Notes: generated by a model from the letters alone, not told the origin. A DNA stretch of 64,000 nucleotides from Eledone cirrhosa (GCA_964016885.1 OZ024742.1:96658001-96722000); one strand, 5' to 3'. Shown: positions 1 to 13,451, numbered from the stretch's first letter. Made by a program: numbers and translations.

Positions 1-160
1 ATATTAGAGTTTTCCTTCTCCTAGAATTCTGCCTTGACAAAGGCTAAGGGGTCATCTCTCCCGGTGATTTTGGATGGCCATTGACTCTTAAGAGCTCCTT
101 TGTTCTTTGACAGGTTGTACTGGGATACATGTAACCAGTAGCACCAACTGGTGACCTGAC
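1..160 (-). mobile_element. Fragment of a repeat also present at 36398-36617 (probable 5' region of an RTE-derived element)
   Basis: Near-identical to 36398-36617 (agagttttccttctcctagaattctgccttgacaaag...gacaggttgtactgggatacatg), with different internal deletions. Confidence 0.5.
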
Positions 161-191
161 ATAAATATATATATATATATATATACATGCA

Positions 192-259
<68 letters not shown>

Positions 260-260
<1 letters not shown>

Positions 261-650
261 CGAGTTTATCCCCTGAAGAGCTCTAAATTCGAGTATGAAC
301 CTTAAATAAGGTATCTCAAAAGACAGCGAAACTCATGGGTCTTAGTGGATTTAGTGATTTAATCCTGGTATGTATATAAGCATTTCTAACATTAATTTTT
401 ACCTAATTATGTATGGTTGACCGTATATTTAATTAATTTCCACGTGCTGTTGAAATGTCGGGTAAATACTATATGGCGGTTGCACGCGAAGACGCCGCGA
501 TGACGTCTTTATTTACTATTTCTTCATAGATCCCTTTTATTCTTATAGCCTGGTCTAATTGATTTTTTGTGTGGTTAATTATGCTGATTGGGAGTAGAAA
601 TGATGTATATATATTATCAAATGATTCCCTGGACATGCTTTACTCTATAG

Positions 651-655
<5 letters not shown>
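260..655 (+). mobile_element. (TA)n-flanked non-coding island with a hammerhead-like motif
   Basis: CTGAAGA 273-279, stem II closed by gct/agc, GAAA 328-331, ctcatggg, TC; stem I (atcc/ggat) is imperfect. Confidence 0.4.
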
Positions 656-720
<65 letters not shown>

Positions 721-721
<1 letters not shown>

Positions 722-1076
722 GGGTTATAAACTCAAATAGTCTTTTACAATTAAATAGCTCAAAGAAAGGAATATTTCTGAGCCGTGTAATACAAAGAAT
801 ATATGATAGGGATAAACACTGATACAAGTATACATGTGTTCGTATTGCAAATGACCAAGTTAGCTAGATTGAAAAATACTAATTAAAATAATACGGTTTG
901 CCTGTCTCGATTTAAAATAATAAATCAATAAAAGCAAACCTATATTGGCAATAGCCGTGATACCTGGACAAATTTTAAATTTGTTTCGCAACAATTAATT
1001 GAAATCTCCTATTCCTGTGCTCTACAGGTATCCAGAAATTGGTAAGTTTCACTTTAAAATACTTAAGAAGACTTAA
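721..1076 (-). mobile_element. (TA)n-flanked island with a degenerate hammerhead-like motif (959-1032)
   Basis: Minus strand: gatac CTGTAGA gca...tgc GAAA caaatttaaaatttg TC cag gtatc; one core mismatch. Confidence 0.35.
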
Positions 1077-1083
1077 TATATAC

Positions 1084-1152
<69 letters not shown>

Positions 1153-1340
1153 TACATATATATACATATATATATATATACATACATATATATATACATA
1201 CATATATATATATATATACATATATACATATATATACATATACATATATATATATATATACATATATATCTATATATATATATATACATATATATCTATA
1301 TATATATATATATATAAAAATATATATACATATATATCTA

Positions 1341-1380
<40 letters not shown>

Positions 1381-1651
1381 TTTATATACATATATATATA
1401 CATATATATATATATATATTGTTATACTTTGGGAGGGTCATGTTGCCAATAAGAATCTTGCTAAACAAATTCAGAAACGAAATATATATATATATACATA
1501 TATATACATACCTATATATATATATACATACATATATATGTATATACATATATATATATATAAATATATATATATACATATATATATATAAATACATATA
1601 TATATATATAAATATATATATATATAAATATATATATATACATATATATGC

Positions 1652-1721
<70 letters not shown>

Positions 1722-1751
1722 CACATATATATATATATATATATATAAAAT

Positions 1752-1785
<34 letters not shown>

Positions 1786-1842
1786 CACATATATACATAT
1801 ACATAAATATATATATACATATATACATAGATATTCATATAT

Positions 1843-1890
<48 letters not shown>
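1077..1890. repeat. (TA)n/(TACA) microsatellite array
   Basis: Direct reading; source of the spurious IY-repeat ORFs. Confidence 0.98.
1418..1480 (+). mobile_element. 63-bp 5'-inverted mini-copy of the Penelope-like element 3' end
   Basis: 1418-1455 is the reverse complement of 55293-55330; 1451-1480 equals 55358-55387; flanked by (TA)n. Confidence 0.9.
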
Positions 1891-1892
<2 letters not shown>

Positions 1893-2324
1893 ACACACAT
1901 AAATATATATATAGAAGAAGAAGAAGAAGAACATTTATTTTTTATTTTCACCTATAAACAGCTTAATTAAATTTGTGGCCAGTCATGTTTCAAGTCAAAA
2001 TTAATATCTTTCCAACAAACAAATTTGAAAATGCCGCCACCGTCTTTGTCTCCTTCGTCTGATAAACATTCTGTCGTCTTCAATTAAATTTCCTCACCTT
2101 AGCTTAAATTTAGATAAATAAAATGGTTAATTACCTGTCATTAACAGTCAATCAGGAAAAATGTGTAATGTAGAAATGCAGTCTTGGGGTCCATCTCAGT
2201 GGGTGTATGTGTACGTGCGTGAGCTCATTGCCTGTGTTATTTTGTTATTCATTTTGTTGGGGGAGGTGAAGAGTGGTGGCAGATAGTAGTGGTAGAGTTA
2301 TTTAGATTAATGATGTATATATAT

Positions 2325-2375
<51 letters not shown>

Positions 2376-3199
2376 AATATATATATATACATGCACACAC
2401 ACATTCCTATTAGAATTACCGGTCTCCATACAGTTTGCTGCTAGTGAAAATATGTGTGTATGCATGTAATTCATAATATATCTCTCAAAGTATACAAAAT
2501 TATATGAAAAGACAAAACAATATTTTTGACGTGCAAATTATATAAATCCGTACCGACATATTTCGTCTTGCATTCTAATTAATTTTGTACAACAACTTTT
2601 ATTCTATACAAAATGGTGACCACCAATTTATTTAAGCAAAAAAAAAAAAAAAAAAATGGGATATGAGCCAGGAATAAGTAATCATGATTAAAACATCTCT
2701 GCGCAGATCCCCATTGAAATGTCTTCGGCATGAAGGATTTCTCTCTTGGTATGATTAGTTGGTGTAATGTTTGTATAGCTAAAGATTTAATTGGTGTGAG
2801 TGCAGAATGGTTTTCTTCTTTTTTAAGACAAGTAAAATATATTTTGTTGAAGAGTGTATAACATCTTGACTACATTACTTTGTGGTTTATTTGTGCAATT
2901 TAATTTGTTAATATGTGTATGCTATATTGTTAAATAGTTACAAATGGTCAATTGAATGTGTTTACTGTGGTATTTATAGCTGAGTAACTGTAAATCGCGT
3001 GGTGTGTCATAATTGTTTTAGGTTTGACCACACAACTGCCTGAAAACTTATTCTGTTAACTGTCACTGATAATAAACACAACTACAAGGATATGGTCCGA
3101 ACACGGAAGAGCCGAACTCCCATTGTCATCGCCTCCATCTCTCTCGCCCTCCCCATCTCTCTGTATGGTGAGCAAATGGGGTCCCAAGCCCTGGCCTCC

Positions 3200-3415
3200 C
3201 CACAGCCCCAGTGGATAGAATGGAGAAGCCGTTTCCCCGGATGATGGTAGGGAAATGTGGTGGAAGAGCCATTCCAACTCGTGAGGCTCACACCTGCGGC
3301 TGGCCAGCTCAGCTCCTATGGTGGTGAGTATGGAGGTAGCCCTAGGGCCAAGGACACCAGAAGTCTCCACTGCCCAGGGCACGAATGCAAACCTGTTGGA
3401 GAGCGACCGGTACTT
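3200..3415 (-). mobile_element. CRE-type (restriction-like endonuclease) non-LTR retrotransposon C-terminal fragment
   Basis: KYRSLSNRFAFVPWAVETSGVLGPRATSILTTIGAELASRRCEPHELEWLFHHISL fits the KY...FVP.AVET.G.WG...FQRIS pattern. Confidence 0.75.
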
Positions 3416-4153
3416 AAGACCCATAAGAACGAAAAAATGATCCATAGTTATCTCCTGAAGTTTATCCAACATGAAATACTAACCCATACCTAACACTTTA
3501 AACATTATATAATTGTAAAGTTGTATATCTGGCGACATACGGTGTGTTTATGAATAAACATTTTGAACGCCTTCAGATGGTGCTACGCTATCAGTTTTCA
3601 AATTCATAGCTAAAGGCTTTCAAAATGTTTATTTATAAACATGTCCTATGTCACAAGGTTTTATGTTTACCTTTATTTTGATGTTGGGAGAGAATTATGT
3701 CCATATATAGTGTAATATCATACCGCTGATACTCTGTAAACTAGGATCCTCATTGAAATGACTCTGGAACGAAGTGTTTCTTTCTTGGTACGATTAGTTG
3801 TCTACAATAATTTTGTATTTATCTACACTGCCTTGTAGGTTTATAAAGGGATTATATAAGGGCATTAACTCTAATTTAGCTTTGCATATGAAATATGTGA
3901 AGTTGTATATCTGGTGACATAGGACATGTTTATAAATAAACATTTTGTAAGCCTTTAGCTGTGAATTTGAAAACTGATAGCGTAGCTCCATCTGAAAGCT
4001 TTCAAAATGTTTATTTATAAACACACCACATGTCGACAGATATACAACTTTACAATTATATAATGTTTAACGTGTTAGGTACGGGTGAATATTTCCTGCT
4101 GGATAAACTACAGGAGATAACTATGGTTCATTCTTTTGTTTTTATGGGTTTTA
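3414..4153. repeat. Diverged ~240-bp inverted duplication (3414-3655 / 3914-4153)
   Basis: For example ataaacatgtcctatgtcac versus gtgacataggacatgtttat; scattered substitutions. Confidence 0.85.
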
Positions 4154-4994
4154 ATCTTATTAATAGCTTACTGTATGTTCAAGCGTGAGATGAGTATAAA
4201 GGAAGTAGTTTTACGGAACAATGTGTAGTGGTGAAAGTTGTGGGTTTCCCACCCCTGAGTGGTGAACTTATGTCTTCTGGTTTGTGGCAGCATGGTGGAA
4301 GGGTGTTAGACGCTTAGAGGTATAACGATTTATAAATTTTAGTTTCCAATTCTTAGTCTATTATTACATTTTTGATTGGAAGTATTAATTTAACATATTT
4401 GGGCAGCGTCTGGGGATTTTGGCATTGGTATAGTTAAATTCAATTTGCTGCTGGTTTTGAATATAATAATTTATTCTGAATTGTGTTATCTTTATTAGGA
4501 TTAGGGAGTGGTTATTTCAGGATTCGGTTAACTTAGTTTAACTTGATTTATTTGGTGGACAGTAGACGAAAGCGATCGAGTGTGATGGTTGTATGTTTAT
4601 GGTTTGGTAATGTTAATGTAAATGCTCCGCAGAATATATGATGCTATTTTATCCAGTAGCCACAACTCTTTTTGTAAACTGAATATTGAGGGTGATTGTG
4701 ACCTGAAAATGTCCTTTTAGTACTAGTAAACTGCATATATTCATTACGTTATCGTATATCTTTGAGTTGCTTAAATTTCGTTTAGATTTATTTCTTGGTA
4801 ATGGGTTTCCTTATGTGTTGATTAAACATGAATTATCTGGGGAGGGGCGTTGTTTTGTTATGCTAAAATATGTATTTTAGGGCTGAGTAAATGTATTTGG
4901 CAAGTGAATTTTTATTGGTTTAGGTTTGTGGATTCCATTAATCATTATTTGGTTGTTGGGTTAGAATTTATCAATGAAACGTAGTAGCTTGTGA

Positions 4995-5770
4995 TTTACA
5001 TTTAGAGCTTGACCAACACTGAAACAGAAGGCAAATTGGAGGAGAAGGGCATGGAGTCTCATGGAGCCTTCAACTGGTTACAAATTCAGGGATTTACTGC
5101 TTGGCGTTTATGATAGTAAGGAATAAAAATTAGAGACCCAGAAGCATAGACGTGCAGTGGAGATTTTTGCACAAAACCTGCTGAAGGCTACAAACGAGAT
5201 CTCTTGCTGATGCAAATCACCAAGGAGGCGAAGTGTGACATATTGCTAGGGTAATGAAGCGACCGTAATTAAGAAACAGGCATGGAAAAGGTGGTACAAT
5301 GGGGTAAGTAGAAAACAGTATGAAAAAGCTAGAAATGTAGCAAAGCACTAGGTTCGCTGAGGAAAGAATCGATCATTAAGTAAGAAGTTTGCGTAAGTGT
5401 TGTGTTATAAGGATCAGAGGCATGTGGTTTTCAGAATTGCAAGGCAGTGTAAGGAAAAATGAAAATATTGTATAATAGAAGTGCATTCAAAAGGATAGTG
5501 GCGAGTTTCTCCTCACTGATGTATAATAGAAAGAATCATGATGAGAAGCTGTCGAATGAGGGGTATGTATGGAAAGAAGATAGTCTCTCTGGAGTAGACA
5601 AAAAAGACCAACCATCCAATATCTTAAAGACAAATGGAATGAGACGGATGAGTCATATGTTGGGAAAGAATAAAAGTAACTGGGTGAGATGGGGGATAGA
5701 AACGTATGTATAAGGAAGTCAAGGAGGGGGAAGACCAAGAGGCGTATGCAGATGATAGGACAAAGTGGAG
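4995..5770 (+). mobile_element. Decayed RTE-clade LINE fragments
   Basis: Translated remnants KKQAWKRWYNGVSRKQYEKARNVAKH, VFRIARQC and a GRPR motif; many stops. Confidence 0.6.
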
Positions 5771-8273
5771 AAGCTTGTCATAGGGCATATGATTTAGCAG
5801 TGGAAATGTCTTTAATACACTTATTGTTGCTGTTAGATGTAACAAAAAGCATTGTTAGCAATATATGGCCCATATATTGCCAATCTATTCCCATATAATA
5901 TGGGATGGATTGGTAATTGATAAGTATTAAATTGCGATAGCTTATACATGTTTCAAGGTAATGTGATTTTTTTTCCTCTATCTAATGAAAGAATATGCAA
6001 TAGAAATTATCTAAAATTATCAATTTAAAATATATTGAATTCTGAAAACATATACGTGTAAAAATTGATTATGAAATGTATTAATAAATGGATTAGGATA
6101 TGGATAAAATGTTGAAAGGAAGGAGATTTAAAATGCTCTACAAGCAGGTGAATCGAAGTAGAATAAAAACTGATGGCGTTTCAGAGTAAAGCGAGACATT
6201 GTTGCTTGTTAGGAAATGAAGTAACAGGAAGAGGCACGAGTTGTTTGAAAAAGAGTTAAGAAAATTGGCAAAATGGCTGTGACGTTTCCTATTGTCTTTT
6301 TTATTACTTTCCAGTGAAGGCCAAAACGACTTTATATATTTAAATGGTTTATAGTGAACCAAAAGCTATTTTGTTGCATGCGTACAAGAATGTAATAGCT
6401 GAAACTTGCGATGTAATCCGTTAGAATTTTGTTGTAAAGTACAACTGACAACAAAGCCTAGACCTGAAGCTTTCATGAAGCTATAGTTGAGCATTACCTA
6501 AGATGAAATAAGTTATTCTACACATGTTGTCTGACGTCTCTCAAAGTAACCAGATATATTTAGCTAAAGAATCTACGACAAATCCTTGATTTGAAAAATG
6601 TTTTGTGAAGCCTAATAAAGGAAGTAAGTTAAGAGGTGTCACTTAAGTGAAGTTTAACACATTAGATTATATATTTCGTCAGGTAATTACTTACTATGAA
6701 GTGGATATTTGATGGTAGGTATAGAATTTCTAATTTAGTTGTTATTTACAGTATGACAGACCCACTGTAGATTGGTTTTAAAGACTAATGTATCTATAGA
6801 GTTCTTCAAGCGAATCTCCCATCATTTTACAGCAAACCATAAGTATCACAAGATATTTAAGGGAAACGTTGTCAAAGTATATGAATTTATAGCCACCATT
6901 CATTTATAATATATTTTCACATATTTGATTTTTATATTTTTAAAAATACATTTTCTGAATATATTTTCTCATCTGTGTGTTATTTTCTATGCATTTAATA
7001 TAGTTTCTCTGCGTTTATTCGTATTTGTATTTTAAATATATTTTATGTCATCTAACAAAAAATAAAAATGCATTGCACAAACAAAAGCTCACATCCAAAA
7101 TATATAATGGCGGCTCAACCTTCCCTGTAAGGGCAAAATAAGTGACCAGAAGTATTATATATTCAAATGTTTTCATGGCTTTTAATATTACACTAGTCTC
7201 TCTTTGGCGATGAAGTTTGTTTTTCTTTTATTTTATATGCTTTGTAAGAATCTTATATTGAAATTCGTCTGGGATTATTCGTTTGTAGTAATCCCTCACT
7301 GCAGCTGTCAGTTTGAGGAGCACACTACCGAAACCATTGACAACGAGTAATGTATGACAACTTTAAAGGTTACTCTCACTCAATACATACACAAAGTCCT
7401 TGAACAAACTTCTTATTATTCAATTTTCGTTAACCATCCCTCCAGTTGTCGATCTGACTCACTCTCGTCTTACTAAAAGCAAATAATTTCCGACAAGTTT
7501 TAAAGTTATATTTGTTCGAAACACATCAACATTCATAGAGAAAAAAACGTAAACTACACATTGAAAGGTGGACGAATATAATAGTAAAAATACGTTGTTT
7601 TTTTTCTGTGAGAAGCTATATATGTCGAGATACAGCGTACAGAGTTTTACGATATTGCGTAAATGTGTGTATAAAAATACATATTGAATATATAGAGATG
7701 TAAACATACTAAATTTAGGTATGTCACTAAATTGAAAAACAAACATATTTTTAATCTATATTCGATCCTTAATAGAATGTTGTAGATATGTATGTACATA
7801 AAGGGATATGTGTAACTGGAAGCCTTATAAATACTACCACATTTAATAGTATCACTGAAATTGACATACTGGTCTGCATATTATTAGCACCTATGTAGGT
7901 AGTTAATTTTGATATATATTAAATTGCGTAGGAGCAGCCAGTATATGATAGATTTATATATCAGTGGCAACTTCAGACATGTGCTAAATTTAACTACCAC
8001 ACATATCAAGTCTATATATATAATTTAAGTACCACAAATATCAGTCTATCAAGTCTATTTAACCAGCATAAAATATATCAGAACATGATATTACATCCGA
8101 GACTTCTAACGCTTTCTCAGACCCAAAAGCGTGACTCAAGCTCACAAATTCCCACACAAATGATTAGGAATATAAAAAAAACGAACGGTTTTAATCTATT
8201 ATACTTCAAAGAAAATATTTTGTTTCAACTTTATAGCATTAAAACATTGACCTAAATCAATGTTGTTGTTCGT

Positions 8274-8451
8274 AATAATTGTTTCTACTTTTGGCACAAG
8301 GCCAGCAATTATTCCAGTGTATTACTGGTACTTTATTTTATCGACCCCGTAAGGATGAAAGGCGGGATTTGAACTCAGACCATAAAGGGCCGTAACTCTT
8401 TGCTGCAAAGCATGGCGTCCGACGCTCTACCAATACTACCAATCCACTGCC
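8274..8451 (-). mobile_element. tRNA-derived SINE family 1
   Basis: Matches the 21865 copy; 13-bp TSD tgttcgtaataat at 8267 and 8453. Confidence 0.9.
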
Positions 8452-8966
8452 ATGTTCGTAATAATATCATCGAGTTTAATTCAGTCTCACTTATATGGGC
8501 CGACCAAAAGGAAGGCAGGAGAGTTTCGTTCATCATTCTGATAACGTGGCTCTACTAACAAATTTCTGCCCAAACTTCTATGATTAATTGTTAAGTCTCA
8601 AATTCACCCATTTAAATGAATACAACTTCACGGCTTCACTAAAAATGTTGGCTGAAATAAATTTTGCTATTCATAATAAGTTGTATGTGAATAAAATTTA
8701 ATAAGAAAAGGTCGAGATGATTCAATTTTAGCTGAGGTAGGGAAACAATGTGTGAATGGTTGCCAAAAACGTTTTGATCCGAAAGTGAAACGGTTGAGAA
8801 TACTTTGTTGGAAAAATTGTTTTCTCTGAAATTTCAGTATTGTCACTGATAACATAAATTAAAGTAACAAATAAGAAACATACATAAACAAAACTGCTGT
8901 CTACACCACTTTGAGCATTGGGCAATGTAAACCCTAAACTATGCATATGTGTATATATATTATATA

Positions 8967-9190
8967 CAGGGTGAGCATAAAGTCTTTCTCTGATTATAAA
9001 ATTCCATATCTCAGATACTATTTGAGGTTTTGATTTTTCGTTGTTTTAATTCATGAATTTCAAGTTTAAAGTTTTCATGAATATGTTTTACATTTTCTCT
9101 TCTGCAGGAAGTAGTTGTAATTTTCAGTAAGAAAATTGCATATATGAAACATAAAGTTCAGTGTTTTTTGTGGTTTCAAAGAATTTATGC
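8967..9190 (+). mobile_element. Possible Tc1/mariner end fragment
   Basis: TA followed by CAGGGTG terminus; no partner TIR found. Confidence 0.3.
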
Positions 9191-9732
9191 TCACTCTATA
9201 TATATGTGTGTGTGTGTGCCTATACATGTGTGTATGTATTTAGTCACATATCTGTATGTGTACACTTGTATATATCTGTCGGTTTTTAAATAGGGAGTAA
9301 TATGTTATAAAACAGTTATTTGACATTCACGAATAATTTTCCTTGCGTCAAATAAATTTATATTCCAGTTAAATACATGTATGAATATTTTTATTTATTT
9401 CCCCACAGTTAACCTACAAATAGGCTGCACTTAATTCCGTTGTATCGTATATCTATCTATTCTACATTCACATTTTTCCTAATATCGTTACATCACATTT
9501 GCTTCGATTTCAACTATTACATTTACATTTTTACAGAACCGAATTAGGAATTTGCCATAAATCTAATACAGAATGGGATTGAAAATTAAGGAGAAAAAAA
9601 ATGGCGTATCATTTCTATTACTCTAAACCCACGTAATAATTATAGCTATAGTTCAATCTGAATTTGTTTGTGATGTTTAAATAAGTGTCATGACAACAGC
9701 TCAGTACCCATTCCACCGATATTATTTTCTCT

Positions 9733-9916
9733 GGATTGGCAGTATCGGTAGAGAGTCGGACGCCATGCTTTCCAGCATAATTACGTCCCTTTACGATCTG
9801 AGTTCCAATCCCGCCGAGGTTGACTCTGCCTTTCATCCTTACGAGGTCGATAAAATAAAGTACCAGTAATGCACTGGTTAATTGCTGGCCTTGTGCCTAA
9901 AGTAGAAACAATTATT
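9733..9916 (+). mobile_element. SINE family 1
   Basis: A-box tggcagtatcgg, B-box-like gttccaatc, core gcctttcatccttacgaggtcgataaaataaagtaccag. Confidence 0.9.
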
Positions 9917-9932
9917 TTCTCATAACGACCTT

Positions 9933-10113
9933 AATAATTTTCTACTTTTGGCAAAAGGCCAGCAATTAACCCAGTGCATTACTGGTACTTTATTTTATCG
10001 ACCTTGTAAGGATGAAAGTCAAAGTTAACCTCCGCGGGACTTGAATTCAGAACGTAAAAGGCCATAACTATGCTGCAAAGCATGGTGTCTGATGCTCTAC
10101 CAATTCTGCCAAT
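9933..10113 (-). mobile_element. SINE family 1, tail-to-tail with the 9733 copy
   Basis: Reverse-complement match to family 1. Confidence 0.9.
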
Positions 10114-10711
10114 AATGCATATTTTGCAGAAATGTAATTTCGAAGATATAGATTATAATTATCTCGATGAAAATAATTTCTATTTCCTACGTAATTCCTA
10201 GTTGTTGGAACATTATATTCCTGAAGAAAATCTATGCTATCCTGGTTAATATTAATTAGCAGCATGACATTGAAAGACATGATGAAAGAACTTCTATTTT
10301 ACCTCTAGATAGTTTTGTTCTTCATTTTTTAATTTCTTCATCATCGTGATTTAAAACTTTGAAAATGTATATGTAAAATCTCATACAATAACAGGCCTTA
10401 TTTAGAAAGTTATGAGGAAAAAAATTGGGATGTTGATGGTGACATAAACTGTAATTCATATAAGACATTTTATAAGAGAGTTTCAAATCATAAAATGTCT
10501 TATATGAATTACCTCCCTTATATTTTTTTATTTTTGCATTAACTGTCATTTAAGGATAAATTTTCAAACTCTTTGTTAAGATGGAGTTATTTATGCTTAA
10601 GCATATATGAATTTCTTCCCTCTATTCAAATATGTGCTCCTTTTTCCGTTGATAACACTTGAATCTATATTCGATTTTTACTTGGCTGATTATAATATTT
10701 ACTCAACATTT

Positions 10712-11130
10712 ACGCCATGTTTTCTAGCATAGTTACGTCCATTTACGGTTTGAGTTCAAATCCCGTCGAGGTTAACTTTGCCTTTCATCCTTATGGGGTC
10801 GATAAAATAAAGTACCAGTAATGTACTGAGTAATTGCTGGCCTTGTGCCAAAAGTAGAACAAATTATTAACACTTGAATCTTTATTTGATTTTGATTTTG
10901 CTGAGTATACTTATTCAACATTATTATTGGCAGTATATGGCGGTGGATTGGCAGTATCAGTAGAGGATTGGACGCCATGCATTCTAGCATAGTTACGTCC
11001 CTTTACAGTCTGAGTTCAAATCTCGCCGAGGTTAACATTGTCTTTCATCCTTACGGGATCGATAAAATAAAGTACCAGTAATGTACTGGGTAATTTCTGG
11101 CCTTGAGCCTAAAAGTAGAAACAATTATTA
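10712..11130 (+). mobile_element. Two SINE family 1 copies (10712-10868 truncated; 10939-11130)
   Basis: Both are preceded by a similar flank (aacacttgaatct...tcaacatt), suggesting local duplication. Confidence 0.85.
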
Positions 11131-11562
11131 CATTTGAAAAATAATAGTTTATTTTTCTGACTAATTTAGGCAGTTGAACGTTCTATATCCATTATTAAAA
11201 ATATATTTTGAAGTTGTATTTTTATATTTTTAAATTTATATTTGAACTGCACACCTGCTCTTATTAAATTTATTAACCTTTTTAATGCTTATGATAAATG
11301 TTTACTTACTGATTATAATATTTGTCTTGTAGCAGCAAGTTCTCAAATTTTAAAAAATGTTAAATTAAAGAAATTTTTAAAGCTTTTAGCTGCTCCTAAT
11401 TTTATTGCATTTATATGTTCACATTTTTATATATGCTTCTCCCGCCTTTTCTATGTTTTTTATATAAATGTTGATACGTATGCTTACTTCCCATATTATA
11501 TATCCTCCTAATGTTCTCATGATAAATTTCTGATACTATATTTGTGTTTTAACCTTTATCAT

Positions 11563-11611
11563 ATACTCTGATGAAACGGACATGTGTTAGGATGAAACAA
11601 TCGTAAGTGAT
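11563..11611 (+). ncRNA. Hammerhead-like motif (degenerate)
   Basis: tact CTGATGA (11568) ... GAAA caatcg TA agtg; weak stem II. Confidence 0.4.
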
Positions 11612-11818
11612 TAAATGATTTAAACTCTGTTTGATTGTTACTCATAATGTATTTCTGCTCGGTAATATGCTTGTGATTTTACATTGAGCTATTCTTACAC
11701 TTGTAATTGGATAATATTTAATAGTACCCCCAAATTATATATATATATATATAAAGAGAGAGGGAGAGTTATATATATAGATAGTTAGATAGACATGTAT
11801 ATATATATATATATATAT

Positions 11819-12087
11819 AGGAGTAAGTAAGACCGCGACGGCTGAGCTCAAGCCGTTTCGACGGCTAATTCTGTACTGAATGAAAAATCAGTTCTGGTAT
11901 TTGAATAGCCGAACTTGTCAAGGGGCAATTCCATATATGGTCAAAGAGATAATCACCAGGATTGGTCATCCCACAAGGTAGTAGTAATTTAGCGATGGCA
12001 AATTGGTGGGGGAGGTAGCCAAACCTGCCAGTGGGAGAAAAGGGGAGAGGGGGCGGAGTAGACCCATTCATGCGTTGGTGGTGCTTA
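11819..12087 (-). mobile_element. (TA)n-flanked HHR-element family C
   Basis: Homologous to 23650-23905 and 19692-19809 (gccgtcgaaacggcttgagctcagccgtc; tgaccaatcct; ccccttga). Confidence 0.8.
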
Positions 12088-12147
12088 TATATATGTATAT
12101 ATATATATATATAAATATATATATATATCTTGCTTATATATATGTAT

Positions 12148-12189
<42 letters not shown>

Positions 12190-12266
12190 CAAAATATATA
12201 TATATATCTTCCTTATATATATGTATATATATATATATAAATATATATATCTTCCTTATATATATG

Positions 12267-12339
<73 letters not shown>

Positions 12340-12402
12340 TGGTTATATATATGTATATATATATATATATAAAAATATATATATATCTTGCTTATATATA
12401 TG

Positions 12403-12434
<32 letters not shown>

Positions 12435-12464
12435 AATATATATATATATCTTGCTTATATATGT

Positions 12465-12497
<33 letters not shown>

Positions 12498-12527
12498 AAT
12501 ATATATATATATCTTGCTTATATATGT

Positions 12528-12609
<82 letters not shown>

Positions 12610-12624
12610 TGCTTATATATATGT

Positions 12625-12696
<72 letters not shown>

Positions 12697-12713
12697 TACT
12701 TATATATATATGT

Positions 12714-12777
<64 letters not shown>
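12088..12777. repeat. (TA)n array with recurring atcttgcttatatatatgtat...aaat unit
   Basis: Direct reading. Confidence 0.95.
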
Positions 12778-12784
<7 letters not shown>

Positions 12785-12945
12785 TTTGGATTTAATGCTC
12801 TGAAATAGCGATATATATGTGAAGACAAACATAGAATATTCGAAAATATTCTGTATGTTTATAATAAACGTTTTGAAGACCCAATCGCTATAGAATAGAA
12901 TACGTCACGTATTACAATTTGAGATTCTCGATAAAAGCAAGGGAA

Positions 12946-12988
12946 GTAATCTACGCGTTTCATTCTTGTTAGAAATCATCAGGATTAC
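12946..12988 (-). ncRNA. Type I hammerhead ribozyme (family A, inverted arm)
   Basis: Reverse complement of 13140-13182. Confidence 0.88.
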
Positions 12989-13139
12989 ATATCCAATGCT
13001 TTTACCGCTATTTCAGAGCATTAAATCCAAATTCTAATTTCTGCCGGACCGGCTACCGTTCTTTCAAACCAGTTCCTGTACACAGCTAAGTATTCAATAA
13101 GTCTCTAGCTGTGTCGTTCTCGATAAAAGCATTGGCTAT

Positions 13140-13182
13140 GTAATCCTGATGATTTCTAACAAGAATGAAACGCGTAGATTAC
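13140..13182 (+). ncRNA. Type I hammerhead ribozyme (family A)
   Basis: gtaatc CTGATGA t-ttct-aaca-agaa-t GAAA cgcg TA gattac; stem I extended by ttctcgataaaagca/tgcttttatcgagaa. Confidence 0.9.
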
Positions 13183-13451
13183 TTCCCTTGCTTTTATCGA
13201 GAATCTCAAATTGTAATACGTGACGTATTCTATTCTATAGCGATTGGGTCTTCAAAATGTTTATTATAAACATACAGAATATTTTCGAATATTCTATGTT
13301 TGTCTTCACATATATATCGCTATTTCAGAGCATTAAATCCAAATTCTAATTTCTGCCGGACCGGCTACCGCTCTTTCAAACCAGTTCCTGTACACAGCTA
13401 AGTATTCTATAAGTCTCTAGCTGTATCGTTCTCGATAAAAGCATTGGATAT

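Larger units (their letters stand above)
2700..4990 (-). pseudogene. Possible very decayed Penelope-like remnant, interrupted
   Basis: Only weak translated hints (e.g. TKIYFTCLKK, resembling the C-terminal CNLCLxEK motif); no intact ORF. Confidence 0.25.
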
